From Sphagnum compactum (lineage: Eukaryota), in NCBI GenBank assembly GCA_965153455.1, contig OZ234493.1:14994213-15058212 (forward strand): a DNA stretch of 64,000 nucleotides, given 5' to 3'. A program made the position numbers and the translations under genes. The notes beneath the pieces are model-generated. The model was not told the DNA's origin. It saw only the letters and a list, made by a program, of their open reading frames with translations, and searched no databases. Shown piece by piece: positions 13,387 through 27,639 of this stretch. Position 1 is the first letter of the stretch; every line of letters begins with the position of its first letter.

Positions 13387-16029
13387 ATGGGATCTGCAGA
13401 GAGAGAAGCAGCGGGAGGAGGAGGAGAAGCAGAAGGAGTAAGAGAAAATGGCGGAATGAAGCAGCAGGAAGGAATTCGCAAACTGGTGGTGGGCGTGTGC
13501 GTGATGGAGAAAAAGGTGAGAGAGCAGGACGAAGAGGAGGAGGGAGGAGGAGGAGGAGGAAAAGGAGGAGGAAGAAGAGAAGGAGGGATCTTAGAGAGAG
13601 AGCTTTTCCCAACTTTGTCTTGAGCTTGTGAGTGTGACTTACTGTATGGTGTGTTTGACGTGCGTGGGCAGTGTGCTTGGTTTTTGTCTTTCTTGGCTTG
13701 CTTGCTTCTTTTTGATTTTTGACGACATGATGAGTCAGGCCCATGAGTTCTCGGTCAAGTTGCCTTTCAGGAAACAAATGATCTAATCATGAAGAGATGG
13801 GAAAACAGAAGCGGGAAATAACAGATTGATGTTGCTTCTTGGCTCTTCGGGTCTCTTGGTTGCGAACGAGAGAGACAACCAAGTTGTGAAGTCTACAGCA
13901 CTAGAAATGGCCAAAACCTGGAGTCCAAGATCAGGCGACTCATGGGGGACCGACGTCTCACCATGCAGACTAGTGTGGAGGTTGGTCCATGCCTGAGAAG
14001 AAGAAGGAGAAGAAGGAGAAGAAGACATGCGCAGGCTTGGCACGAAAGCTGCTGGGATCTTGAAAGACTCGTTCCAGGAGCTCTCTATCTTACTGTCGAA
14101 GCAAGCTTGATGGGTTGAGCGCCTATGCTTGCTGTCGTCAAGAAGCTTGAGCTCGCTACGTAAATACCCAATTCCGGTCGTAGAAGAAGAAGAGGAAGAT
14201 CTGGGAGCATGCTGTCTGCACTTGCGAAGAATGTGACACTCACTAGTCAGGGTTTGGAATTCTGCGAGTTCTCTCACAACTGCAGCAAATCTCTTCATCT
14301 CTCTGTGTCTTTCTCTCGTCTTTCGTTTCATTTGCAACTCTGAACTCAGATCCTAACTCGTCTGCTTCAAGGCATCATCAAACCTCGCAAATGGAACTAC
14401 AAAAAACAAAACAAAACAAAACAACAACCGCCTGACAGTTCAGTGGATCGAATCCTGGAAATCTCCTGACAAGAAGAATCTCAGCAGCTCCAAAGACGAG
14501 ATTCTACGGAGTGTTGGAGGGATCGATCCATCCTGTGCAGTCGTAATCGAGGAATATGCTCTCAGACTTGTGGAATATGCTGAAATATGAAATGGGTGCA
14601 GATCGACTGCCAACACCTTTTGGTCATTTTCATGTCAAGAATCTGAATCTGGCTCTAGATTCTTGTTCTTGTTCTTGGGTGATTGTGTGATTGATTGATT
14701 GATTGATTGCTGATGATGGGTCATGGCATACTCGTGTACACAAATACTTACACAACAATTCTGGAATCCAGTCTTAGAGCTGCCGTGATCAGATCTTCAA
14801 CGATCCTCAAGGATATGAGGAACCCATCAGCCTGGGAGGGAGGGAGGGAGGGATGATTCCTCCTCGAATGGTCCTCCTCCAGCTTCCTCAAGTTAGACTT
14901 TCATGTGCTTGCCTGCTAGCTGCTGCTCTTGTGTCCTTCCTTGAACGTTGTAATGCTTTGGTGGTTTGGTGGTGGTGCATCCAGGTGCTTTGACACGATG
15001 ATACTCAAGAGGATCATGCTGGTCTGCTTGAATCTCTGTCTGTTTGCTTGAATGTCTGAAGTTGGTACCTCTGATTATATCCAAGCTCCAAGCATGATCA
15101 TGACATTCTTTTTTCTTATCGACAATGAAAGAAAGAAAGAAAGAAGAAAGATTGAATGAAAGAAAAAAAACTTGGATGATTTGCTCGCTCTATGGAACAA
15201 AGATTTCTTGAGAGAAATTATTCCTGTCAGGATCTCGATCTTTGCTTTGTACTTATGTAGACCTTGGGTATACAGATTTCCTTGGCAATAAGTTTCTGTC
15301 ACAAAGTCGTGATGGTGTTCCAGGCTTCGATCATACACAATGTATGATTTATGGGGGTGGGTTTGTGGATTTCCGGGTTTTGCAGGCACTGTCGGGACCA
15401 ATGACACAAATTCTCAACCGTCTCCAACAGTTTGGTGAATTTGAGGTTCACCAGCAGCAAATCTTTACTGGCTTGACAATGTCAATCAAGCTGCTGTTTT
15501 GTTTGTTTGTTGTGGTAGTTTTCTTTTGTCCAATATTGAGCTTGAGAGGCAGGCTGAACTGTGTTGTGTTTATGACATGACTAGTGTACAGGTTCCTGAT
15601 GAAGCTGTTTGTACATCTTTGTTGCAGATTGTTCTCTTTGGTGACAGGGTTATTCTCAGTGATCCTATTGAGACGTGAGCCCTTCAAATAGCCATGCTTT
15701 CCAGTGTCCAATTTCCAGATCATGTACAATTTTATTTTTTGGGTTGGGGGTATTGGATTTGATTCTGTGATAATGTCCACCAACTCTGCTGAAATTTTTC
15801 CATTCCAAAATGTGGCCACATGCATGCAGTCTCATTTAGGTATTCGCATAAATTTTTCCTGCCAGGTGAGAGTCGAAGGTTGGTCTACAGCTTGACACTG
15901 AATTGGATGGAGCACTTTGTTTTGTGCGCAGGTGGCCAATTTGTGATTGCCTGATTGCATTCAGTTCATCAGGCTATCCACTTGCAAAGGTGGAAGCTTA
16001 CGCTGATCTCCGAAAGTTCGTTTTTTTCT

Positions 16030-16068
<39 letters not shown>

Positions 16069-19000
16069 CCTTTTCCCCCTCCCTCCCATCAAAATAAATG
16101 GGTCAGTCCATGCACAGTATCATTGGCCTCTAGCCAGTTGGAGTCCTAAGTAAGAGCACAGCTTGACTCCAAGTAAGAGCAGCAAATCAAGAGGCAGGAT
16201 TTTTTCTTGGATGTAATAATGTTCAAATACTTTGCAGATCAGAAGAGAACTGACATGTGAAGCTTATAAACTTGAACAACATTTTGGCTGGTGGTAAATT
16301 TGTGTGCAGACCTTATTTGGTAAATGAGTTGAAAACTCAACGCATTCTTCAGGACCGTCGCAAAGTTTACTCTGTATGTACCTACTTTCTGATGCCACCC
16401 ATAATTGTCATTTGTTTGTTTGGTTGGTTTGCGCTGGAAACAAATGTTGCTTGGGTTTTTCTGATATACATATTTGTTGACTTGGGGTTTTATTTTTGAG
16501 ACATACATAATGTTTTTGAAGATGAAAAATTAGTGGCGGTAAGTATCATGGGTTCTTTGAGCACTATTGTTGTCGCATCAGTGTCAATTTAGCTCATGAT
16601 CTTCTGTCTGTCTGATCTATCTACTCTACCTTCTCACAGCTGCTTGAGGAGTGCGGGATTCCTGTTCCCCCCTATGCGACAGTCAACCGCGACTTTCCTT
16701 ACCAAGATGTGGATTATTTGGTGGAGGAGGAAGACTATGTTGAGATTTGTGGCAAGCGGATCATGAAGCCATTTGTAGAGAAACCTGTGGATGGTGAGCT
16801 TCTTCTTCTAGTTCACAATGTAAGTTATTCAAGTGAGATAACAAAGTAATTCATGCATCACTGTTGGTGGACACACTGATATTGAGACTTTTGTACAATG
16901 TGCCAGGAGATGATCACAATGTTATGATATACTACCCAAGTTCTGCTGGTGGTGGCAGAAAGGATCTCTTCCGGAAGGTGAGAGACAATTGGTTTGAACA
17001 TTCATCATTCTACTCTGAATTCATGTTCTTGTTCTTTTTTGTGTATGTAACCGAAGTTGTTGATTGAGATGTGGGTTGTTTTTTTAAGGTGGGAAATCGA
17101 TCAAGTGAGTTTCATCCAGAGTTACGAAGAGTGCGGCGAGAAGGTTCATACATCTATGAGGAGTTCATGCCCACAGGTGGCACAGATGTTAAGGTCAGGC
17201 ACAGCAAGTCTTCCTGTCAAACAACAATAATAATACAGTCCTGGCACTAGTTCATTCTACAAATGTCTGTCTCTAGGTTTAGATGATGTTTCAGGAAGAA
17301 ACTTTCATTCAAGAGGGAAGATGATGGATGGGTGGTGGTGTTAAATGACACCTGCTGCCTGCAGGTCTACACAGTGGGTCCAGAATATGCGCATGCTGAA
17401 GCTCGCAAGTCTCCAGTTGTTGATGGTGTTGTCATGAGGAGTGCAGATGGGAAAGAGGTGTGTGTGGCACATTCATCAAATTCCTAAAGACTTTTTGAGG
17501 GTGAAATCTCTTGCAATAATTTTACTCCTGATGAATCTGAATGTGTTCATGAATCTTTGGTGTCCAAGCTTGAAGCTTTTGAATCTGAGGAGAGCCCCAA
17601 CTGAGAGGAAAGATTCCTCCCTCCCTTGGGTCATGTGTGTTGCTTTGCTTTCAGGTGAGGTATCCGGTGCTGTTGACACCAGTTGAGAAACAAATGGCTC
17701 GTGAAGTCTGCATGGCGTTTGGCCAAGCGGTGAGCTTGCTCGTTGATCAAGATGACCAACTTATTGATTGTGAAGGGGAGAGACATTGCAGTAGTGATTT
17801 CATCAACTCATTGTTGATACCCATTTCTTGTGATCAATTATTGTATCCATTCAAGACTTGGTTTGTATTTTGTTTTGGCTATGATCTTCTTGAGTCAAAG
17901 TTGGTGGTGTGTTGTTGGGCAATGATGACAGGTTTGTGGGTTTGATCTTCTCCGGTCTGAAGGACGATCATATGTTTGTGATGTCAATGGATGGAGTTTT
18001 GTGAAAAACTCGTACAAGTAAGCAATTAGGAATCAACCTTGAAAAATTGAAGCTCCAGAGTTGTAGCAAAAAAAATGAACCTGCTGCACACATACATGGC
18101 CTTCAAGCAAAGAAAAATTATACCCAACATGGCTGTAGCTGGTGCTGCCAACTTTGTAGAACCCATGCTTCTATAATCTTCTGAAACTTGACAAGCTCTA
18201 GTTAAATTTCTTTTCAGGTACTATGATGATGCAGCATCGGTATTACAGCTGATGCTTTTGAAGGCGAAAGCTCCACACCTGATTTCAGTGCTACCTGCAC
18301 CAAGCTTGCTATCTCAGAGTCGTGACTTGGAGCCTGAGAAAGTCAAGGATGTAATGAAGCTCGCTCCAACTACATCAAATGGCACATTTGGGCAATCCGA
18401 GGAGCTTCGCTGTGTCATTGCTGTTTTACGCCAGTAAGCATCTCCATCTTGCGATGCAGTTTTGCAATCCTCCTCTTCAGTAATACATTATATGGTTTTT
18501 TTGCAGGGAAGGTTATTACAAGATTTGTGTCTTTTTGTTGCTCGACATCTTCTTCACTTACCCCTGGCTCCATGTTTGAAGCAACAAACTTTGAACTTTT
18601 GTCTTTTATAATTAATGCAGTGGTGATAGAACACCGAAAGCAAAATTGAAGATGAAAGTCACGCAAGACAAGCTACTGAATTTGATGATGAAATACAATG
18701 GTGGCAGACCTCGCGCTGAGGTGCACATGCATACCATTCACTCCTTTACATGGAATTGCCCCTAGATTCAGAATTTCTTTTTTATGTCTAAGGTGACAAT
18801 CCAGCTTTGTCTATGGCAACAATCCTTTGCAAGCAGAATCTTGTGATTATTCTTCTCATGTGCTGTTTTCCATGTAAAGCCAAATATATGTGGATTCTGA
18901 AACCTTGGGGGCTGGAGTAATAATATGTAACAGGCAAAATTGAAGAGCGCGGTGCAATTGCAAGATCTTCTTGACGTGACTCGCCAACTTACACCAGACC

Positions 19001-22000
19001 GAAGGTGATCAGGAAATTGCTGTCAAGTGTTTACAATTGTGCCATGATTTCTCACATGGGTTCCACTTGGATGTTTCTATAGCTGCCTGATGGGTTTCAA
19101 TACTAAAGGTGTGATTTTCGTGGGTAGCTCAGGTCAACTGAGTTTGAGGTTGAAGACTGTGAGAATGCAGAGAAACTTCGGCATGTGAAAGCTGTCTTGG
19201 AGGAGGTAAAATTCCCAGACAATAGTAATAGTGAGACCCAATTTCATTTTTGGCTTAGGAAAATTTGCTGTGTACTCTCTCTCCTGACTTTTGGTTTCTC
19301 AAATTCAACATTTTTCCAAGGGACTCAGATGCCCTACTGAGTAATTGCAGCTCTGGTAATCATTGTTTTTGCTGCACTAAGTTTTTCTTCTTGGTACCTA
19401 CTGCAGGGTGGGCATTTTTCAGGGATCTACCGGAAGGTACAACTGAAACCTCAAAGCTGGGTGAAGGTGATCAAGGAAGGAGAAGGGACTGAAGAAGAGA
19501 GACCTACAGAGGCACTGATGCTGTTGAAGTATGGTGGTGTCCTCACTCATGCGGGACGAAAGCAGGTGCAAAAAAACCAACACTTTATCTATAGTTTAAA
19601 TGTTTCAACATCTGCGAAAGTGCATAGGATTTTCAAGGAGTGAATGTACATCACCTAGTTTTTTTTTTCTTTTTTTCTTTTTTCCTCGTGTAGGTTCTCA
19701 CGGAACCTCAGAGAACATTGTATCATAAAGAAGACATGCAATGGGTTCTGTAAGGAAATGTCAAGGCATTTCAGCCAACTGTCCCCTATTTCTAGAAACT
19801 GAAAGATCAGGCATTGTTTTGCAGGCTGAAGAATTGGGGCGCTCATTCAGAAATTACATGTACCCAGGTCAGTTTTTTTTCTCTTTAATGCCTGTGAAGA
19901 AGAAGCTCTGTATTGTCAATTGCTGCACTCTCATGGAAACTAAAAATTGCTGACTAAATTTGCCGTCTGTTTTTGGAAACAGGGGAGGGTCCTGGATTGC
20001 TCCGTCTTCACAGTACGTACCGACATGACTTGAAGATCTATAGTTCAGATGAGGGTCGTGTACAAGTAAGTACTATGTCTGCTATGGTCTCTAGTGTTGC
20101 AAACTTTCAAGTGTTTTGGAATTTATTTTTTGGCAATGTAAGATTCCTTCTTTGTGGAATGGTTCCCTCTTCGATTTCCTTTTTTGGATGGTTGGATGGG
20201 GAAAAAAGAAAATTGTATAAAGAATTTTGTCAATGTGAGGAGGGCTTGCCCCTTTGACAGAAATCCAATGGGGGGTTTTGGCAACCTTTGCAGATGTCAG
20301 CCGCTGCGTTTGCGAAAGGATTGCTTGATTTGGAAGGGGAGTTGACACCCATTATGGTACAGCTTTTGCACTGTATATGGAATATGGTAGAGGCCCACAT
20401 AGCGGGGGTGTGGGTAGAGATGCTCTTAAGTGCACCGAACTTGCAATATTGGAGAGAGCTCAAAGAGCTTCTACTCTCAGAAGAAAAACATTACTGTAGT
20501 ACAAGTGTGGCTTCAACACATGTCTGTTCAATAATTAATTATTTTGAAAAATTCCATGTCAGATAAGAAGATTCTAGAATATTCTAGAAGATTCTTTACT
20601 TTTCATTCACAAAATTGTGTTCTTTGACAAAAACATTTTATTGAAAATTTCAACATTTCTTTGCAAATAGTGTAATTAGTGTTGAAGTTGCGTTGTCGAG
20701 GTTCTACTATGGGTTATACTAACTTAGTGGGTCAGGCTGAAGACTAACAAGGCCTTCTCGTTGGTTCAGGTATCACTGGTGGGTAAGGATTCATCTATGC
20801 TAGATGGGCTTGATACCGCCAGTCAAGAAATGGACCAGGCCAAGGTGAGGCTCCTTCCCTATGTGTACCGAACAACGACCTTGCAATTTTCTTTTCTTTT
20901 TTCCTTGCATCTTTTCTAGAGGCAAGTAATCTAGGACATTCGGGTTTTGGGTCCAAAGGAAAGTTAAAAAGAAAATCATCACCTTGAGAGTAATACTGTA
21001 TGTAGTTGGGGGTTAAATTGTAGGGTAAAAGGCCCCAGAGTGTGGGCATTCCCAAAATACAGGGCCTAGGATGAGGTGGTAGTCAACTCTGGCCCCACTT
21101 TTTGAGAATGTCCCCAATCCGTCGACTCCGGCCCTGCATTTTGGGAATGTCCCTGATCCATGGGCTTTTAAATTGCCAAAAGGCGACAAACACGGGGAAT
21201 ATTCTGTCCGCATATTCCCTATTTTCCGAAGGGAAAGAAATTGCCATGTTTTGAGGGAAAGTCTTTTGTTTCTGGGATGGATGTTTTTGCGGATTTTTTG
21301 TTGGCATATTCATGGACAGAAGGTGCCCTCCAAATGCACTAGGAAGTTTCTCTGAGTAGCTTTACAGTGTATTATCAACTTTGCCATTCACAGCAAATTG
21401 TAGATCTTCCAGCGAAGGGGGAAACAAACAAACAACAAACAAACAAACACACACTTCAATAATCGGAAGCTTATTATGCCTGTTGGTTGGAGTGGTTGGA
21501 TTTCAGGCAAAGTTATATGAGGTTATGACATCGTCTGAAACAGAGGCTGCTCGCATCCGCTCAAATGGCAATCTGCCATGGCTTGAGAACAGTAGCATGC
21601 CTTCAAATTCATTGGATTTGATGAAAAAGCTGGTCCACCCTCCACCCTCTCTCCTCCATCCTTCCAAATTTCCTGGGTACCTTTTATATGAAAAAAAGCC
21701 TCTCCTTTTAGGATGAAGTTTAAATATTTTGGGGGCTTTTTTTCCCCCCCCCATAGATGATTGTGTGTATAAAAGTGATGGAAAAGAAGGGATTTGGGTG
21801 TTGTTCAGGTGAATCTGACAAGGAAAGTCATGGAGCAAGTGACCAAGCTATGTGAGGTGGAAGAAGAGCGATTAGCTTTTAGTACATCGAATAAGGGGCT
21901 TCCCCAGTATGACCAGGCATATGCACTCGGGAAGTCCACCATTGACATGCAACGAATCGCAGCAGGGCTACCATGTGGGAGCGAAAGCTTCCTTCTCATG

Positions 22001-24696
22001 TCTGCTCGTTGGAAAAAGCTTGAACATGACATATACAGTGAACGCAGAAAGTGAGTACCCACCTCTGATTTGTATCTTATTACATGACTGATGAAGCCCC
22101 CGAATATTTTATTTTATTTTATCTTAGACTAGAAAGTGCTGGGTGGGTGGGTGAGTGGGTGGTGGTGGGTGCTTTACACATGGTGATGATATCTACAAAA
22201 ATGTTATCTTCTTTGGATACTGAGTCACCAATTACTCAGGTAGCTTATGTACTTCAGTAGCTTATGTACTTAGCTTAATCCCCATTTTCAGTTTGATTTG
22301 AAAACTTGACTTGATTGGTGTGGGCGATCATATTGCAGCTTATTTAGTTATCTTAATCCTTTATTTACTAATCTAGTGCAGCGATGTTGCAACCATGCTG
22401 TAACCATGAGTCTTCGGTTTGTGTGTGGGATGGGGGGGTATTTGTGAATTCAGTCGCTATGATATAAGCAAAGTTCCTGACATTTATGATTCTGCCAAGT
22501 AAGGCCAAATCTTCATCCCATGACCTGCTTAAGCCTCTGTTTTTTTCTTCACAGTCTCCATTTACCCATTTGGTTACACTTTGGCAGTTTGTTCTTGATT
22601 CTTTGATGTCTGATGGGAGAGACTAGGCTACTCTCTCTTTGAGCTCTCTGATGATACTCAATTCATTTCCTTTGCATTTCCATCATGCCTGTGGATGCCA
22701 GATATGATCTTCTACACAATGCACATTTGAAAATCAAGGGTCTAGATGAACTCTACAAAGTGGCCAAGGTGATGGATTTTTCTTCTTTTGAAAATACTCA
22801 TTTCCTCCTGCTACTTATTTGAATTTTGTGGATTCCAATTTTGTAGCAAATGAAGAGGCAGTTTTTAGAACTCTGGGTACCTTTTTTTTCCTCTGGTTTA
22901 GTTATGGTTGAGGTGATTTTGTGGTGGACAGGTATTGGCAGATGGGGTTATTCCAAATGAGTATGGTATCAACCCTAAGCACAAACTAATCATAGGTGCA
23001 AAGGTACTTTTCCTATTCAATTAAATTGTTCCTTGCACTGTGATTTCATGGATTTAGGGTTTAGGGTTTAGGATTTTTCCAAAATTTTATTTTTAAAAAC
23101 TTTTCTATCCAAACTGGTCAAAGTTTGTACACCTTTGAGGTAAATGGTATGTCAATGTTCAATGTTCCAGATTGCACACCGGTTGATGGGTAAGATACTA
23201 ATTGACCTCCGGAACACCAAAGAGGAGACGTTAAGTGTAGCAGAACTGAAGAAAAATGATGAGGAGAATGATGATGCAGCTGCTCCAATGCTACGTAGTC
23301 CGAAAAAACTTGATGGCAGCAAAGACAGTCCAAGAGTAGGAAACAGGCGACAACAAAGTGCTGCTGAAAATGTGACTGATGATGATACCGAAAAAGAGAC
23401 CCAGTATCGTTTGGATCCCAAGTATGTTGTCCTAAACCTAAGATCTCAGTTGTACATTCATGAATCTTCTAAAGGGTCTTGTGGATTTCAGGACATTGTT
23501 TATTTGAAGGAGACTTTGCATGATCATTGCTCGAAAAGTTCTCATCCTCATGTGCCCAATTGAGATATGTCGCACTTGTGGGAATTGTGGGAAGTTCCAC
23601 AAGAACATCACAACTGGATGACGTTGTATAGATTTTATGGAGCTGGATGCTAATGAATATGACAATGGTTCTTAATAGGTATGCAAATGTCAGAACTCCT
23701 GAGAGGCATGTTCGTACTCGGCTTTACTTCACATCTGTAAGTGGTCCTCATCCTCACTCTGTTGTTGTACCCATTGGTAGGTTACAAAGCAATTTGGTAG
23801 GTCGTGACTGGCAGGTAATGCTGCAAACAGAAAACTGTGTTTTTTATGATTGCCCATATGTCATGGTTGACTAACTTTGGCTGTGTCTGGATTCTTGCAG
23901 GAGTCCCACATACACTCCTTGATCAATATATTGTGGTATTGTCATTTGGATGACTCATTGAAAGGTGAACCTGGACTGGTTTCGAATGAAGGGCTACAAC
24001 GTATATCCGAAATCAAGGAGCTTGACTACTTGACTCATATAGTCCTGCGAATGTTTGAGAATACTGCGGTACAAAAATCAATTTCTCCACAACCCAACTT
24101 CACCATTGATCTTCCTTTGAACTTTTCTGCAAATTTTTCAATCATTTAAAAGATGTAGATACTCAAATGGAGCAGTCATTTTAATCCTGCGATTAATATC
24201 ATCTTCACGAAAAGTTTCTGCAGAATTTGATCTTACAAGAGGGTTGTGGTTGTATGGTATATAGGTGCCATTGGAAGACCCAAAAAGGTTCCGGATTGAG
24301 CTAATGTTCAGTAATGGAGCTGCTCTTAGTCCTCTCGAGGTACTGACCTGCTCTTTGTTTTTTTTGTCTCAATTCAATAGCACATACAATAACAAGTGCA
24401 AGATTTTGAGCCAAAAGCTTACAAAACACAAGTGTTCATTTTCAAAGCGGAAATAATTGACAGTTGGTTTGAGATGATGCCGTCATGGGTGGCAGGCAAC
24501 TCCTCGGAACCGAGACCATACTCTTCCTGTACTACTGGCTGTGACATTACAGGAGGATGGACGATACGTAACTTTGGATCAGTTGGAGAAGCTTGTTCGA
24601 CCGTTTGCTATGCGAGCTGAAGATTTTCCACCATCCACAACGCCACATGAGCTCTCGGGTCTATTCATGAAAGGTGAAGGAGCTTTTGGGCACTAA
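13387..24696 (+). CDS. VIP1: Inositol hexakisphosphate/diphosphoinositol-pentakisphosphate kinase (VIP1/VIH/PPIP5K), 30 exons, ~1051 aa, intact
   Basis: Manually spliced GT-AG exons: 13387-13515, 15386-15445, 15628-15674, 15932-16015, 16310-16373, 16640-16793, 16907-16977, 17089-17193, 17365-17457, 17655-17729, 17932-18017, 18218-18433, 18621-18720, 18934-19004, 19133-19205, 19407-19565, 19825-19867, 19983-20065, 20294-20356, 20770-20844, 21507-21632, 21809-22050, 22454-22498, 22702-22768, 22932-23003, 23171-23421, 23679-23736, 23901-24068, 24265-24339, 24496-24696. Total 3156 nt, in frame, TAA at 24694-24696. Motifs: [45 protein letters not shown] (ATP-grasp kinase); RHGDRTP across exons 12/13, [29 protein letters not shown] (histidine acid phosphatase-like domain). 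Confidence 0.96.
21027..21169. mobile_element. Small hairpin/MITE-like element in VIP1 intron 20
   Basis: Inverted repeat GGGCATTCCCAAAATACAGGGCC (21044-21066) versus GGCCCTGCATTTTGGGAATGTCC (21130-21152), plus outer AAAAGGCCCCA / TGGGCTTTT. Confidence 0.65.
23053..23072 (+). repeat. Short interstitial telomere-type repeat (TTTAGGG)n in VIP1 intron 25
   Basis: TTTAGGGTTTAGGGTTTAGG. Another GGGTTTAGGGTTTAGGG lies near 25066-25082. Confidence 0.8.
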
Positions 24697-27639
24697 AAAG
24701 AAGAAATAATTTTTGCATCTTCTTAAATTAAGAAAAAGGCACATATCAAACAGATCCTTGTAAAGAAAAGATCATGCACATGTGTGTACAGAGAACAAAA
24801 GAATAGTCTCATGTCTGCTGAAATTCCAACGGATGCTGGCAAGAATAAGTCTCTGTTCTGTAGTCTGTCTGCGGGTTTATATTGCCACCCAATGGATGGC
24901 ACTAGGGTGAACATAGTTCATCAAATCCTTTTGCAACTCAGTTGGAGCAACAAGGTGAAACACAATATTCTGACTCAATTTTCAGTCCATACAACGGTGT
25001 TGGGTTTTGGGTTTGGGTTTTAGGGGAGAGAGCCTTATATGGCTATAGACCAAAAGTATTGCCATGGGTTTAGGGTTTAGGGAAATGAGCCGATAAAGAC
25101 TATATAATGCCCAAAAAGTATTGCCATCCCATGACACTCATGACTTCATCAAGTTTGGAGGGAGAGATTGAGCACAAATGTTTTGATCAAAACACGAAAC
25201 TAGAAGTTGTACATTGGGTTATGAGCTCTGTATGAAGAAACAATCTGGAGTTGCAAGTAATGGGCGATTCAGAGTTGGAACAGAAGAGCAATTGTGTTCC
25301 CTTCTGTTTTAGTCCAAAACCCACTGTTAGTTATGTGCAGAAAGAAGTGAAATCTAGATACAGAGCTGCTGCTGGACGCATGACAGGAACTTGAACCAAA
25401 CCCACCTGAAAAGAAAGATATCCTAAAAAATTGCAAAGATATTGAATTGAAATAGTTTTTTTGTTGGATTATGATTCACAAGGTGTGCGGTGGTGGCATC
25501 GGAGGCGATAAATGAGGAGGGGGCAAACGACAGCAGCAGCAGAAGGACAACCTACCTTTTCAACAGAAGATTTCATGCCGACAGTAGCACTCAATATCCA
25601 TGGTGTTCAAGGTCTTTTGTGTTGGGTGGGTGGGGTGTGGGAGTATCCAATAACAAAATGTCAGAACTGGTCAAAGATCTGTTCTAGGAGCACTGAACAA
25701 AAAACTCTTTGCTGGGCAACCAGCTTAACATCAGAAGAACATGACACTCCATCCCATTAGCAGCAGATTTAATTGCATTTGACCGCATTCTTTGATGGGG
25801 GCCTGTCCATCAACCTTTTCAAGTTTTTTGTGTTAGTTCCAACTGCCAGGCAATTCATGATTTATAGCTTTCAATAATTAAAAAAACAGTTGTCAGCTAC
25901 TACCTGTGTTTTGTCAGGCAGTTTCTTGTAGAAAACCTCACACCCGAAGGGATTAGAAGAATTTCAGATGCTTTGAGAAGATGAAATGTGCTATATATTA
26001 TAGAATAATAATAAAACCAATGAGTTCTGAGGTTGAAAGAAGGGATGGTTGTAAGTACCTCTTCATTGTCTTCCTGCAGTCAGGCTTGCCTAGCAACCAC
26101 ATCTGTATCAACCCCACTTGCACCTGCTGCTGTTATCTAAGAGTATGGCCATTGGTAACACCCACTTTGCTTTGCAGCAGCCTGCACAGTATCCTGTGCA
26201 CAAGTGGTGCATATGCATCAAAAATCTATGCTGTCTTTACAATGTACCTCCTGAACTTGTTGTGTGAGTAGCAGCTTCAATTGTGGGCCACTGCGTCAGG
26301 GCCATCATCTGTACCATCATCATCCTGAGTTACAGTTTCGTGAAAGAGGAAACTGCGCAGGACAAAAAAAGAGTCTGTTCTGGAGCCTCGAATCCAACAA
26401 GGAATTTTTCCACCACATCAAACCCTAAATGGGCTATGCACGCAAGATTTCAGGTTTGCCAAAGGTGGGTTTCCCAAACTGTGGTTTTCAGTTCACAAAG
26501 CTTTCAGCAACTCCATACATACAGTGTGCATCTTGTTCTTCTAATGTCTACTCTTGTCAGAATCCCCTGCTGTTTGTTTTCTCCTGTCTCTAGTTTCTGG
26601 ATGGCATGCAAGACTCTAACAACATGTGTCCAGCTACTAACCCATCTTTGTAGTAAACCTGAACTGGAGGCTCATGAAACTTGCTGTTGTCCTCAACACC
26701 ATCACATCTCCATTTGACTCTTACATGACATTCTTCTCAAATTGGAACATCCCAGTTTGAGACAATGTAGAACAATGAAGATCGGTGTGGTGTGCAAATC
26801 ATTTGATGTCACCACATGCACCAATCATTTTGAACTATGAATCAAACTCATATTTTTCTCAAAGTCAAAACTTGTTTCTTTAGCGGCACAAAGGAGAGAA
26901 TAGTGTGTATGCAACCTTTATATATGCACAAGTCCAAAGGCAAAAGAAACTGGGGCTAAATTATGCTACATTTTGGTGGGGCGTTGGGAAAAGTTGCAAA
27001 ATAAACATTATACTATACCTGCAACTGATGTTCAGCACAAAATAAATTTGCAAAAGATCTAGACAAGAAAAAGAGAAGGTTTTTATTGAACATTTGGTGA
27101 ATATGTTGAGAATTGAGCTCCTGTCTAAACCATTGCATTACTATTACAAATACACAACACAAGGTGTATTGTGCATGCTTGTTGTAATGAATTCTCATAG
27201 AGGATTTTTAATATGATCAAACGAGGATTCTAAACTGAGGCCACAAATGCACAATATAGAACATGGAATGAGTTGGATTTGAAAAGGAATTTGAAATGGA
27301 ATGAAGGAAAATGTTAACAACTTTGAAAGCAACTTTAAACCACTTGCTGCTGAAGACAGGCATTCTCTTTAGTGATGAAAATCTATAAGTGTCCATGGTA
27401 TAGGACACGGTTCAGTGTGCTCTCATGGTTTAAGGTGCTTCTACCTTAGTCATGCTGCACTCCATGAGTAAGCTTTGAACATGGAGGCAATTTTCTAATT
27501 TTTAGACCTAAGGTTTGGAGATTTTGAATTTTGAATAATTTCTGTGATGGAAATTGTTTAATGAAAATTCAATTTCAGATTTACACTAAAGAACATTGGT
27601 GTACCATTTGCCCTTACAAAATTCATTCAACATATTACG

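Noticed and set aside
13064-13777. Overlapping ORFs 13064-13291, 13203-13631 and 13229-13777
   Set aside because: Alternative frames of the GA-rich VIP1 5' UTR, exon 1 and intron start. Only 13387-13515 fits VIP1 homology and splicing.
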